Positions 9,494-18,548 of a stretch of 64,000 nucleotides of DNA are shown one piece after another. A program made the translations under genes and the position numbers. The notes beneath the pieces are model-generated. The model saw only the letters and a program-made list of their open reading frames with translations. It was not told the origin of the DNA and ran no database searches. Source of the DNA: a virus (Duplodnaviria; Heunggongvirae; Uroviricota; Caudoviricetes); IMG/VR virus record IMGVR_UViG_3300014208_000025, positions 52,967 through 116,966 of that record; one strand, given 5' to 3'. Position 1 is the first letter of the stretch, and each line of letters starts with the position of its first letter.

Positions 9494-10760
9494 ACAAATG
9501 AACGTCAGTTTCATCATCCCAACTCGTAACAATCTACCGTATTTGAAACTCGCTTACGGTAGCATTCGCAAGCACTATCCCCAAACTAAAATCATCATCT
9601 TGGATGACAACTCCACAGATGGAACAAAAGAGTGGGTTGATAGCGAAAGTGGAAAGGGTGACTCCAACACCATTTACTATCGGAACGACGAACGGCAAGT
9701 CGGTCATACCGTTCTATACGATAAAGGTGTGGAACTATGTGATAGTGAGGTATTTACGATTTTTCATGCTGACATGGTGTGTGGAGCTAACTATGTTGAA
9801 AATCTTCTGAAACACCTTAAACCACAAGGGGTTGTATCTGCTACCCGCATCGAACCACCGTTACATCCACCCGGAAAAGAGAAAATCGTCAAAGATTTTG
9901 GCACTTACGCAGAAGACTTCCAACATACCGACTTCAACACGTTTGTCAGGAATATGCAGCAGGAAGTGATTAACAAAGATATCGTAACGAAGGGTATCTT
10001 CGCTCCTTGGATGATGTATAAAGCTGACTTTCTAGCCATCGGTGGACATGACAAATATTTTGCTCCGTTTCCGTATGAAGACAGCGACATTTTTCAACGG
10101 TTCATTTTGAAAGGTTACAACATCAAACAGAGTCGTGATGCGTTCGTTTATCATTTCACCTGTCGTGGGCATCGTTGGACAGAGAAGGTTCAAAAGGATG
10201 ACCATTTCTACAAACTTTGTTGTGCCAAAAATTCACTTCACTTCATTCGTAAATGGGGAAGTTGGATTGAGAATGATGAATTTTCCTATCCCACCATCAA
10301 TCATCTCTATGATATTGGATTTGTTATTAAAAATTGTCCACCAAACTTAATAGGCATTCTTGAACCGTGGTGTTCCACTCTTTATTGTGATGCGAATATA
10401 GAAAATTACATTCAACAAATACAACCCGGTACTCCATTCGATTTAAAACAACGAGTCAAGAAATTATCGGAACCGTGGTGTAACGGAATTGTGGTGTCGT
10501 TCGATGCTACACAATTGACTAACGAACGAATTCCATTTTTAACTCAACTATCCAAAGTGTTAACTGATAGTGGAGAAATTGGAATTATGGAACATGATAT
10601 TTTCAAATTAGATATTCGAAACTTAAAAACTTATGAAGGATTATTAATAACGGCCAATGGACCAGCCGAAAAATCCATTTATCTGCCAATTTTAAAAACG
10701 GACCCCTATTGTCTAAACGAATTGTTTCGAGTGTTTGACGTTACCAAACAGTTGACATGA
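9486..10760 (+). CDS. GT2 glycosyltransferase with C-terminal extension
   Basis: SFIIPTRNN, ILDDNSTDGT, IFHADM, YEDSDIFQR, VYHFTCRG. Confidence 0.9.
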   Translation: MIKQMNVSFIIPTRNNLPYLKLAYGSIRKHYPQTKIIILDDNSTDGTKEWVDSESGKGDSNTIYYRNDERQVGHTVLYDKGVELCDSEVFTIFHADMVCGANYVENLLKHLKPQGVVSATRIEPPLHPPGKEKIVKDFGTYAEDFQHTDFNTFVRNMQQEVINKDIVTKGIFAPWMMYKADFLAIGGHDKYFAPFPYEDSDIFQRFILKGYNIKQSRDAFVYHFTCRGHRWTEKVQKDDHFYKLCCAKNSLHFIRKWGSWIENDEFSYPTINHLYDIGFVIKNCPPNLIGILEPWCSTLYCDANIENYIQQIQPGTPFDLKQRVKKLSEPWCNGIVVSFDATQLTNERIPFLTQLSKVLTDSGEIGIMEHDIFKLDIRNLKTYEGLLITANGPAEKSIYLPILKTDPYCLNELFRVFDVTKQLT

Positions 10761-11119
10761 TATGTATGGGTATGTTAATCGCACTGACGTGTCTAATCGT
10801 ATTCAATCTAATCATCTGGTTCAGAACCGATGCGTTCATTGAATATGGCAGCTTGTTAGGGTTAAGCCGTCGTTTCAAATTCAAAGAATTCCATGACAAG
10901 AAACTCATCGAGCCATATTTGTTGACTTACCCCCAATTTCTTAGGATAACTCACAATAACTTCTTCACACGTTTGATTTCATGCCCAATATGTCTATCCA
11001 TGTGGATGACCATCATTTTTTGTATCTTGGGAGGTTGCATCTACTTGTTACCTTTGATATGTGTTTCATCTTGGTTCGTCTATTATCTTATCACCTTCTT
11101 GATGGACCATGCCAAATGA
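10757..11119 (+). CDS. Membrane protein (DUF1360-like CxxC)
   Basis: Hydrophobic helices flanking LISCPICLSMW. Confidence 0.5.
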   Translation: MICMGMLIALTCLIVFNLIIWFRTDAFIEYGSLLGLSRRFKFKEFHDKKLIEPYLLTYPQFLRITHNNFFTRLISCPICLSMWMTIIFCILGGCIYLLPLICVSSWFVYYLITFLMDHAK

Positions 11120-11403
11120 GAATAAATAACTCAGGAGAATTTTTCCACTTTGTTAGAAACAATATGTTGATGGATATGGCACCAGAAGTTGCTCCGTTGA
11201 TTGTATGTATGGAAGAATTTGGAAGAATGTGTCAATGCGATTCCGTGGAAGCTAAAATTGCAAAACAGGCTCAGTGTCGGGGTTTGTATGTGGCCTTTGC
11301 TAGTAAGGCCAGAAACTACAAAGACAGACTATTCAGTAAAACCAATGATTCGGTCATTACTTTTTCAGTAGATGGACAACAAATCATTACTTTGAATCGA
11401 TAA
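11116..11403 (+). CDS. Hypothetical protein
   Basis: ATGA-coupled ORF MRINNSG..., last gene before the strand switch. Confidence 0.55.
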   Translation: MRINNSGEFFHFVRNNMLMDMAPEVAPLIVCMEEFGRMCQCDSVEAKIAKQAQCRGLYVAFASKARNYKDRLFSKTNDSVITFSVDGQQIITLNR

Positions 11404-11441
11404 GGTCAAATACTAAATCAGTTGGAATACAAACCATAAGG

Positions 11442-12185
11442 TCACTCCATCAAAATCTTTTTCCAGTTCCATACTAAAGGTTTGACAAACATTATTTTAA
11501 TTGGGGATTTAGAAACCACATATTCTTTCCCCCCATACCCATATCGTTCCATTGCTTCTTGAGGATTAGTTCTCGCCAATTCACCACGAATACCGTTTTC
11601 CTTACGCCAACTTGCTAATGGTGCTTTACGAATGGAATGGCCCGAAGTCATTCCTACTTCCACCCAATTCGATGCCCGATAAATCGATCCGTTTCGAACC
11701 ATTTTACCATTGTATTCTGTTGCCCGATCAGGCTGAACGTAAGTTTCCAACAACATCAATGGTTGACTGTATTTCTCTTCCCAACGTTTAGCTCCGACAA
11801 CGCCCAACTGTTTCAATACCTGACTTCCAGCGTTCTTCAACGTGATGTTTTTCTGAATGAAACAACAACGGCTGTTGTTTGCCAGCATACCCAAATTTCT
11901 CATTCGAGATTCTTTATTCCAACCTATGAAAGTGTCACGACACCCTATGGCAACCGTAGCTGATGAAAGCCCGATTGCTCCAATATGATTACCTGTGACC
12001 GTTTCGTAAATCAACCACCGAATATTTCGAGTCGGACTATCCGTATATTTAACATACGAATGATATGTGTCAATCGTATTGCGGAATAACTTGTTTTGGT
12101 CGGGTGTCGAACACTCCACCAAAAAAACAGGCGTCTTGATTACTTTTGTGTAGTCAACGTCAAAAAAGGACACTTCAGCAGGCAT
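11442..12185 (-). CDS. DUF4338 (DruA-like) GNAT/Mom-related protein
   Basis: HIGAIGLSSA...RDTFIGW...LANNSR...NAGSQVL...LLETYV...GSIYRASNWVEVGMTSG. Confidence 0.75.
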   Translation of the reverse strand: MPAEVSFFDVDYTKVIKTPVFLVECSTPDQNKLFRNTIDTYHSYVKYTDSPTRNIRWLIYETVTGNHIGAIGLSSATVAIGCRDTFIGWNKESRMRNLGMLANNSRCCFIQKNITLKNAGSQVLKQLGVVGAKRWEEKYSQPLMLLETYVQPDRATEYNGKMVRNGSIYRASNWVEVGMTSGHSIRKAPLASWRKENGIRGELARTNPQEAMERYGYGGKEYVVSKSPIKIMFVKPLVWNWKKILME

Positions 12186-12850
12186 AACATTATCTCTTCG
12201 TTGAGATAATTACAATCCACCAAATCCTCCACGATAATTATATTACCGTTTCGAGCTTCTCTTTCAATAACATTTTCCAATTCCAATTTATAATCAGCCT
12301 TTTCCATTACTAATGGGTCATTTTTAGATTCTTCCTCATTAGGGGCGGTATCATAACTTCTATAAAGGTCTTTATTCAATCCATAAACCCAATCTATAGG
12401 TTCCAGTTTATATTTCTTCAAATGAACTAACCAGCCATGCCATTGTTCATGTAACCATTTTTCTTCATTTGGGAAGCGAACGTCACTAATAAAGAATACG
12501 TGTTTTTCATCTACTTCTTGACAACACGTTATACCATTTTGAATTTGTTCCTCTACCTTATCAATCCAATACTTACCTTCGGTTTGAATACGTTTTCCAC
12601 AACCATGAGCAACCAAAAAAGGACGGATGAGATGTTTCTCGACAGTATCTTCCGTCCATGCACTGATACCATACTTGTCTTTTAACCAAGGGTCGAGGTC
12701 ATCTTTAAGACCACGAGCGAACGACAACGTTGAAGTTGTGTATCCATTTTTCTTTAGAATTTTTGAAGCTACCTTTACGAAGGTATCTTTGCCTGAACGG
12801 GCATAGCCCGCCACACCAATTACGTTTATCTGTTTGTTATTCGTCGTCAT
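12140..12850 (-). CDS. Deoxynucleoside monophosphate kinase
   Basis: GVAGYARSGKDT P-loop, SFARGLK, ISDVRFPNE. Confidence 0.85.
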   Translation of the reverse strand: MTTNNKQINVIGVAGYARSGKDTFVKVASKILKKNGYTTSTLSFARGLKDDLDPWLKDKYGISAWTEDTVEKHLIRPFLVAHGCGKRIQTEGKYWIDKVEEQIQNGITCCQEVDEKHVFFISDVRFPNEEKWLHEQWHGWLVHLKKYKLEPIDWVYGLNKDLYRSYDTAPNEEESKNDPLVMEKADYKLELENVIEREARNGNIIIVEDLVDCNYLNEEIMLCLLKCPFLTLTTQK

Positions 12851-13373
12851 CGGACATAAGGGTTTCTACCTCTCGGTCCGTGAGTCCAAAACCTTGACAG
12901 ATATCAAACAACTCTTTCTTGCCGGATTCGGTTTGTGAAAAAATGTTTGCGTATTCGATTGCTTCTCGTGGAGAGACTTCGAATTTTTGCATAACCAATT
13001 CAATCAGACCGGTGGAGTATTTGTGTTTCTTGGTGGCTTTAATCCAAGGGTGGAATGCCTTTGGATGTTCGGATGGAATCAAAGAGATAAGTAACAAGTA
13101 AAACTGCCGTGATGGTATTTTGTCAAAGTAACGAAACAATGTCGCAATATCATCCAACAGAGCAGGGTTCATGGATAGACCCCGAAGTATCATGAAATGG
13201 TTAAATGTCTTTAAGTCCGTCTCGGTAAGTTTATCGAAATAATCAGGGTCTTGAAACTTTTGAATTTGTTTAATGTGGTCAAATAACGTTAGACCCTTCT
13301 GATTTTGGTCTTGTTCCGGCGACATGGATTTGTCGTTTGAGGACTTTCGAGTTCTTTTTGGTTTGACGCTCAT
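12837..13373 (-). CDS. Clamp-loader small subunit (T4 gp62-like)
   Basis: LFDHIKQI...FNHFMILRGLSM...FHPWIK pattern; replication context. Confidence 0.65.
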   Translation of the reverse strand: MSVKPKRTRKSSNDKSMSPEQDQNQKGLTLFDHIKQIQKFQDPDYFDKLTETDLKTFNHFMILRGLSMNPALLDDIATLFRYFDKIPSRQFYLLLISLIPSEHPKAFHPWIKATKKHKYSTGLIELVMQKFEVSPREAIEYANIFSQTESGKKELFDICQGFGLTDREVETLMSDDDE

Positions 13374-13554
13374 TGGTTCGTAACTCTCTATAAATCTGAT
13401 TCAACGTTGATAGTAACACACTTTGATTCTGATGTAAAGAATTTATATCTCCGTCAATCCGAATGAGACGCCTTTTAATTTTGTTGATAGTCTTACGTGA
13501 CCACCAAATGTAAACGGCTAAAGTAATGGTTAGGATGATAGATACGACAATCAT
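13279..13554 (-). CDS. Small membrane-anchored coiled-coil protein
   Basis: N-terminal TM (MIVVSIILTITLAVYIWW) then heptads; ATGA-coupled to upstream ORF. Confidence 0.55.
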   Translation of the reverse strand: MIVVSIILTITLAVYIWWSRKTINKIKRRLIRIDGDINSLHQNQSVLLSTLNQIYRELRTNERQTKKNSKVLKRQIHVAGTRPKSEGSNVI

Positions 13555-13724
13555 ATCTGAATGTGATCTAATGGTCCAACCGGAGGTACATCCAAACCTT
13601 GATGGGATGGATTGATTTTGTGGTGTGGAGTTTCGCTCCAATGTTTGAACTTTTTGCTTTTCTTGAAAGCAATGTCTCGTCGGTCTTTTTTGTAACCTTT
13701 ATTTCTAGTATAAGTTCTGCCCAT
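13551..13724 (-). CDS. Small basic protein (57 aa, below ORF-track cutoff)
   Basis: Translated by hand: MGRTYTRNKGYKKDRRDIAF...; fills the gap exactly. Confidence 0.5.
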   Translation of the reverse strand: MGRTYTRNKGYKKDRRDIAFKKSKKFKHWSETPHHKINPSHQGLDVPPVGPLDHIQI

Positions 13725-13725
13725 A

Positions 13726-13932
13726 TTACATAAGTAGTGTTATGTCTTCCATATCCACATGTAAAAACTTGCCCGATTTTACACTAAAAATCATAATTTC
13801 TTCAAACTTGACTTCTTTCAAGTAACACTTCTCCATCTTGTATCTGACGGGCATACTATTTTTGACCCAATCCAAAATGTGTTCGGTATCAACGACCCAC
13901 GGCACCAGAGAACGTTTTCTTGGCTTCTTCAT
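13726..13932 (-). CDS. Hypothetical protein
   Basis: Tiles the operon between neighbours. Confidence 0.45.
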   Translation of the reverse strand: MKKPRKRSLVPWVVDTEHILDWVKNSMPVRYKMEKCYLKEVKFEEIMIFSVKSGKFLHVDMEDITLLM

Positions 13933-15076
13933 AAGTCATACCTTTGACGTTGTTGTAAAACAATTTTTCTCCATTCAAACGACCTTCAGCTTTAAGTTTC
14001 TTGTATCGGTTAATAGCTTTCGGTTTCCACCAATCCAAAACAGCCTGAACATCATTTTTGAAAAGTGGTTTCATCACCAACTGGCTTTCATCAATCTCAC
14101 CACGAAGGAAAGAGAAACCATTTTCGTAAAAACAGGAATAATAACACCCGCGTTGGTAGCCATGATGGTAAGTTGATGACTTGATTCCAGTTTCTTTGAA
14201 AATCATATTAATGACTCGCATCTTGGCCGAGGTAACTGGGCCCGAGATACCTTCTTTCTGAGTCATCTTTTCAAGATAGACATCTTTCTTGTTTTTCTTC
14301 AACCATTCATGCCAACGGTCGTAAATATCAGGGGATGGTTGGAGGTAGATTTTACCAGCACTAATACCGACACCTTTCCACCACTTGATTCCGTTATACA
14401 TTGACTCGGCACCGTACAAACTGGTTGTAGTCATTCCTACAAGGACATCATGGTATTGTTGAAAATATGCGTCACGAACAGTCGAAGTGGTCAACATAGT
14501 AGCCATGAGTTTTCCACCGAGGAAGTTGTAACCGAGGGGTTGAGTTGAAGCGATACAGGGACATTGGACGGAATGGTTGTTGGTGCCTTTACCATCCTTA
14601 GCCATCCACACGTCTCTTTTGACTCCGATGACTTCATCCCGACCCTTGAGAGCCGGCATTTCTGAAGCGATGGAAGTAAATCCCAAAATTTTACCGGATA
14701 CATCATCCACCAACAGAAACTTCATGAAACGACCCGGCGTGTTGTGATGTTCTGCGGAGTGACTATATTTGCGAAGTGTGTGCCACGTTTTGTCAAGTTC
14801 GGGAGTATTGACTCCAACCACTCGTGGTTTCAATTCTTGAATTTCTTTAACGGTGTATTTTTCATCTTGTAAATCAAGTGGCGTCCAGATTTGAGCCTTA
14901 ACCACTCCACTTTCACAGATGTCCGTTTCTTGAAGTTCTTCCCATTTCTTGTAGAAAGTGAATGCTTCAACTGACATTGATTTGAACCAATCAAGGTTTT
15001 CAATCAATCGTTTCTTTTCAGCTTCAAAGTCAAATAAACCTGAAACTCCACACAACATTAACAGTGGGTCATCCAT
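13889..15076 (-). CDS. DUF4338 (DruA-like) GNAT/Mom-related protein, long form
   Basis: PGRFMKFLLVD...ILGFTSIAS...RDEVIG...ASTQPLGYNFLGGKL...TTTSLYG...YNG. Confidence 0.7.
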   Translation of the reverse strand: MDDPLLMLCGVSGLFDFEAEKKRLIENLDWFKSMSVEAFTFYKKWEELQETDICESGVVKAQIWTPLDLQDEKYTVKEIQELKPRVVGVNTPELDKTWHTLRKYSHSAEHHNTPGRFMKFLLVDDVSGKILGFTSIASEMPALKGRDEVIGVKRDVWMAKDGKGTNNHSVQCPCIASTQPLGYNFLGGKLMATMLTTSTVRDAYFQQYHDVLVGMTTTSLYGAESMYNGIKWWKGVGISAGKIYLQPSPDIYDRWHEWLKKNKKDVYLEKMTQKEGISGPVTSAKMRVINMIFKETGIKSSTYHHGYQRGCYYSCFYENGFSFLRGEIDESQLVMKPLFKNDVQAVLDWWKPKAINRYKKLKAEGRLNGEKLFYNNVKGMTYEEAKKTFSGAVGR

Positions 15077-15082
15077 ACTTAT

Positions 15083-15111
15083 ATTGTACCAATGCAGCTT
15101 AAGCGTGTCAA
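15083..15111 (-). promoter_or_regulatory. sigma70-like promoter, apparently leaderless
   Basis: TTGACA-N17-TACAAT-N6-ATG(15076). Confidence 0.75.
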
Positions 15112-15379
15112 TCCTAAACAGATTTTATATCATTACCTAGAGCGTTCTCCGTCGGAGTTTGTTCTGTTTGATGATGAAATGGATATGCCAGTAGCATATG
15201 GTAGTCGTAATTTAGTTGATTCAATGGTTCGTAACCTATCTCCCCACATTACAGTCATTTACTACAAACGTGATATGGCCGATAAAGTTTCTTTCAAAAA
15301 GAAAATGATGTTTCAAGGAAAAAAGGAGAAATCTAACACTTCACTCCAACCCCATCCAACAGAAGGGTTACTTCCATAA
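15092..15379 (+). CDS. Hypothetical protein
   Basis: Isolated + strand ORF preceded by TACTTAT (15076-15082). Confidence 0.55.
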   Translation: MQLKRVNPKQILYHYLERSPSEFVLFDDEMDMPVAYGSRNLVDSMVRNLSPHITVIYYKRDMADKVSFKKKMMFQGKKEKSNTSLQPHPTEGLLP

Positions 15380-15542
15380 CACACTCCTTTGTGTTGGGAT
15401 TCTCACCTATTAACATCAACTCCATATCAATTTCCGTAGGGTCAAGGCTTACCCTGAGAACCTTCTTTTTCACAGTATCATAAACACCGTGAATTTTGAC
15501 ATTGACATAAACGCCTTCGGATGCCGATTTTGATTTGGGCAT
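15333..15542 (-). CDS. Hypothetical protein
   Basis: ORF co-oriented with upstream gene, protein-like composition. Confidence 0.5.
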   Translation of the reverse strand: MPKSKSASEGVYVNVKIHGVYDTVKKKVLRVSLDPTEIDMELMLIGENPNTKECVMEVTLLLDGVGVKC

Positions 15543-15554
15543 ATGTGGAAAGCG

Positions 15555-15962
15555 TTACGCCACAACGGTAATTGGCTTAGTGATGTTGGTAACAGAAGTT
15601 TGTAAAACGGAGGTTGGTGAGGTTACATGAATAATTGATACAGGTTGTGAATTCAACATGATGCCATCCGCTTTTGCCTTTTCCATCGCAAGTTGATTTA
15701 CTGGCAACATGACAAAAGCTTTGATTGGTCTTCCAAAGCCGGTGTTCTTACATCCAATTTCCACGATGGTTTTCTTCTCCTCGATTTCTTTCTTGAGGCG
15801 AACTCGTAAAGTTATTTCAATGAAATCTGGATTCAAAGTCATCAAAGCTTTATGGGCCATTGAGTCATCATATCCCGGTGAAATAACAAAATAGTCATCG
15901 TTGGGGGGCCATTTCATTATTAAGTTTGTCTTGTTTTTCCGTTGTGTTTTTCTATCGTTCAT
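15555..15962 (-). CDS. Hypothetical protein, possibly DNA-binding
   Basis: AAAGGA 5' of ATG 15962; ITLRVRLKK...GRP segment. Confidence 0.55.
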   Translation of the reverse strand: MNDRKTQRKNKTNLIMKWPPNDDYFVISPGYDDSMAHKALMTLNPDFIEITLRVRLKKEIEEKKTIVEIGCKNTGFGRPIKAFVMLPVNQLAMEKAKADGIMLNSQPVSIIHVTSPTSVLQTSVTNITKPITVVA

Positions 15963-16000
15963 AATTCCTTTGTTAGTTGTTTCTCCCACATGTTGTTGAT

Positions 16001-16029
16001 ACTGTACCACATTTTTATAGTTGTGTCAA
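16001..16029 (-). promoter_or_regulatory. sigma70-like promoter
   Basis: TTGACA-N17-TACAGT. Confidence 0.6.
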
Positions 16030-16083
16030 GTCCTGTTTTTTTGAAATTCCATTCTTTATTAGTTGATTTATATTTGCTCGAAA

Positions 16084-18363
16084 TCATTTATCATCTAAAA
16101 ATCTTTGATTTAGTGTTTTCGCTAATGCCGTAATATCTACGGGGTCAATAAATACGGAATCCCGTCCATACATCATTTCAAATTGACGACGTAAAGTATC
16201 CTTACGACTTAATGATGTTGGATTGAGATAACCGCTATTAAACCACATGTCCATCATCGTTTGATTTGAATTGATGAAATAACTGAGAATTTTTACCCCT
16301 TGAGCACGAATCTTTTCCACTTGTCGTTTCGTATGAGCAACCGCAACGGCGTCGGTGTAATTAAAGCCCGACCGATATTTGGGATTACCTGAACGCAACA
16401 TGTAATAAGGTTCTCCATCTGAAATGTTTACAAAATAATGGTCCTGTTCATCGGTTTTCTTACCTACGATAAAGTTATCCATGATGGATTCAAATGCCAA
16501 ACCTTCGGGAGTGCAACCAGAAGGTGTCAAAAAAGGAAACAACTGACGCACTTTACTGATTTTGTCCTTGGTGGAGTCATAAGCCAACACCACATACGGC
16601 AGTTCCGTTCCATCCGATAATCTGTGGGTGCAACGGAAGGATACCGACACCATCAAATTGTCAACCATTGAAGCGGCGACACAAATAGCGGTTAAACATG
16701 TCATCGTAGGATACCATTTGTCAGGAGAATTCATAGACGTGCTCGCATCCACCGAAATGTGTAGTCTAGCCTTGTTGTATTTGTGAGTCACCGTGCGATT
16801 GAAGATGTCTTCCATTCCGGCTCCGATACCAGCCAACAAACGACGTTCAATCTTACCTGAATGTTTTCGGATATACTTGGTGATGTTGACTTCACCACGG
16901 ATTTGTAGTTTCTTGCCGAGTAAGCGACCCAAAGCGACCCCTTTACAGACGGCAACATCGTTATCATCAGGAGCCTTGAATTCGTTTCCGGGTGCCTTTT
17001 CTACTGCGACCATTGGAAACACTGAGCGGCCTGACTCAATCAGTTCACGGGTCAATTTTTGAACCACGATACAATCCACAGCGGGTTGAGAAAAGTTTCC
17101 ACCACCAGCTTTTGGAATGCTTTTGCCCGTTGGTACAAGAATGATACCATTCTTTTCAATAACATCCAACATTGACTTTTCCGCCTTGGAAACGTGTTCC
17201 TTGATGGCTCGGTAGTCATGTTTCAACATGTCTTGTTGTTTTTTGAAATCCTTTTTGATGTCTTCAATCTGTTTCTTTGACAAATCAGAAATGTCACCGG
17301 GAGAATCAGGGTCAATATCTTCAAATTCATCTTCGTCGTCATCAATTGGCTTGCCCGCCTTCTTCATTTCCTTGGCTACTGCTTTGTTGATAACGACATC
17401 TACGTCGGCAGGGTCATCCCCGTTCGGTTCGTCTTCCTTTGGGTTTTCTGATTTTCCGTCTCCACCTTTTTCATTGGATGATTTACCATCTTTTTTGTCC
17501 GATGGTTTGCCTGTCATTTCAAAATGTTTTTCAAAAATGTCGTGAATTCTTTTGAGTGTTCCATCATTCTTCTGTTTTTTGAGTTTCCCAAGGCTCAATA
17601 TGATGACTTCGGCAATCTTGTAAGCTAGATTCAATCGTTCACGAGTCTTGGTAAGACGGAGGATGTTCGTCATATCCAATGTTTCGGCAATCTGCCGCAA
17701 CGCTGGAAGAGCATCCAAAACGGTTTCGGCATTGGTCAGATTGATGACACGATATTCGTAGGAACGCAGATTAGGAATCCGAAATGCCTTGGATTTCAAC
17801 GACTTGGAAATGGCTTCACTATTCCACATCTTCTTATACATCGCACTGTAATAACCACGGTAGCCGGGTGCTTCCTTGAAGATGTAGGTATCAATGTAAC
17901 GGTCTTCCACATAGTTGAACAACCATTTACAGAGATAGGCTAGTTGGTCAGTGGTGATGTTTTTCTTCTTGGCGGCGTCACGTAACGATGATGGAATGGG
18001 AAGCGGGGTGCGAATGAAAGCTGCTTTAACAACCTTGAAATCGCTCAACAGAATGTGTGCTCCTTCGTGTAGAGCAATACCAACCGACCAATCGAAATCG
18101 GTTTTTCGTCTAACCGAAGACGACAACCAAACCGCGTCACCATCGGTGAAGTTCATCATGTCCCGCCCATCATCAGAAAAATGAACGGCGATGTTTTTGT
18201 TGGTAAGAATACAAACGTAGTTTGAAATGACCCTGCGAAAGTTGGCCAATTGAATCAAGTCGGTAGTGAATTCCGCTGGCTTCTTTTTGTCAACGTGTCT
18301 CTCAACAAGTTCGTCAGTCAGCCAGAAGTCGGCAAAGGAAGATGTATTGGGGAGTTGACTCAT
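16084..18363 (-). CDS. vWA-domain protein with N-terminal HExxH metallopeptidase-like domain and acidic linker (MoxR partner)
   Basis: LHEGAHILL; NYVEDRYID; MIDAS ISVDASTSM; NISDGEP. Confidence 0.85.
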   Translation of the reverse strand: MSQLPNTSSFADFWLTDELVERHVDKKKPAEFTTDLIQLANFRRVISNYVCILTNKNIAVHFSDDGRDMMNFTDGDAVWLSSSVRRKTDFDWSVGIALHEGAHILLSDFKVVKAAFIRTPLPIPSSLRDAAKKKNITTDQLAYLCKWLFNYVEDRYIDTYIFKEAPGYRGYYSAMYKKMWNSEAISKSLKSKAFRIPNLRSYEYRVINLTNAETVLDALPALRQIAETLDMTNILRLTKTRERLNLAYKIAEVIILSLGKLKKQKNDGTLKRIHDIFEKHFEMTGKPSDKKDGKSSNEKGGDGKSENPKEDEPNGDDPADVDVVINKAVAKEMKKAGKPIDDDEDEFEDIDPDSPGDISDLSKKQIEDIKKDFKKQQDMLKHDYRAIKEHVSKAEKSMLDVIEKNGIILVPTGKSIPKAGGGNFSQPAVDCIVVQKLTRELIESGRSVFPMVAVEKAPGNEFKAPDDNDVAVCKGVALGRLLGKKLQIRGEVNITKYIRKHSGKIERRLLAGIGAGMEDIFNRTVTHKYNKARLHISVDASTSMNSPDKWYPTMTCLTAICVAASMVDNLMVSVSFRCTHRLSDGTELPYVVLAYDSTKDKISKVRQLFPFLTPSGCTPEGLAFESIMDNFIVGKKTDEQDHYFVNISDGEPYYMLRSGNPKYRSGFNYTDAVAVAHTKRQVEKIRAQGVKILSYFINSNQTMMDMWFNSGYLNPTSLSRKDTLRRQFEMMYGRDSVFIDPVDITALAKTLNQRFLDDK

Positions 18364-18548
18364 ACAGATTTAATAGCATAATTTCCAATTTTACTCCACC
18401 AATATTTTTTACAACAATACCAACAAGAGTCAACAACCATAAAATAATGGTTAAATCTTTCAATGTAACTTTTTGGATACTTTATTTGGGTATTCGCTCC
18501 ACAAAACGGACATGTGGATTCAAATGTGATTTGATGTTCTTTACTCAT
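18360..18548 (-). CDS. Small zinc-finger-like protein
   Basis: CPFC and CWYC; coupled overlaps on both sides. Confidence 0.5.
   Translation of the reverse strand: MSKEHQITFESTCPFCGANTQIKYPKSYIERFNHYFMVVDSCWYCCKKYWWSKIGNYAIKSV

Noticed and set aside
13279-13373. 95-nt overlap between membrane gene and clamp-loader gene as a special feature
   Set aside because: A later clamp-loader start (13325) halves the overlap; likely ordinary compaction.
11442-15076. Complete Druantia defence system
   Set aside because: Only DruA-like genes; no DruE helicase or DruB-D; neighbours are replication genes.
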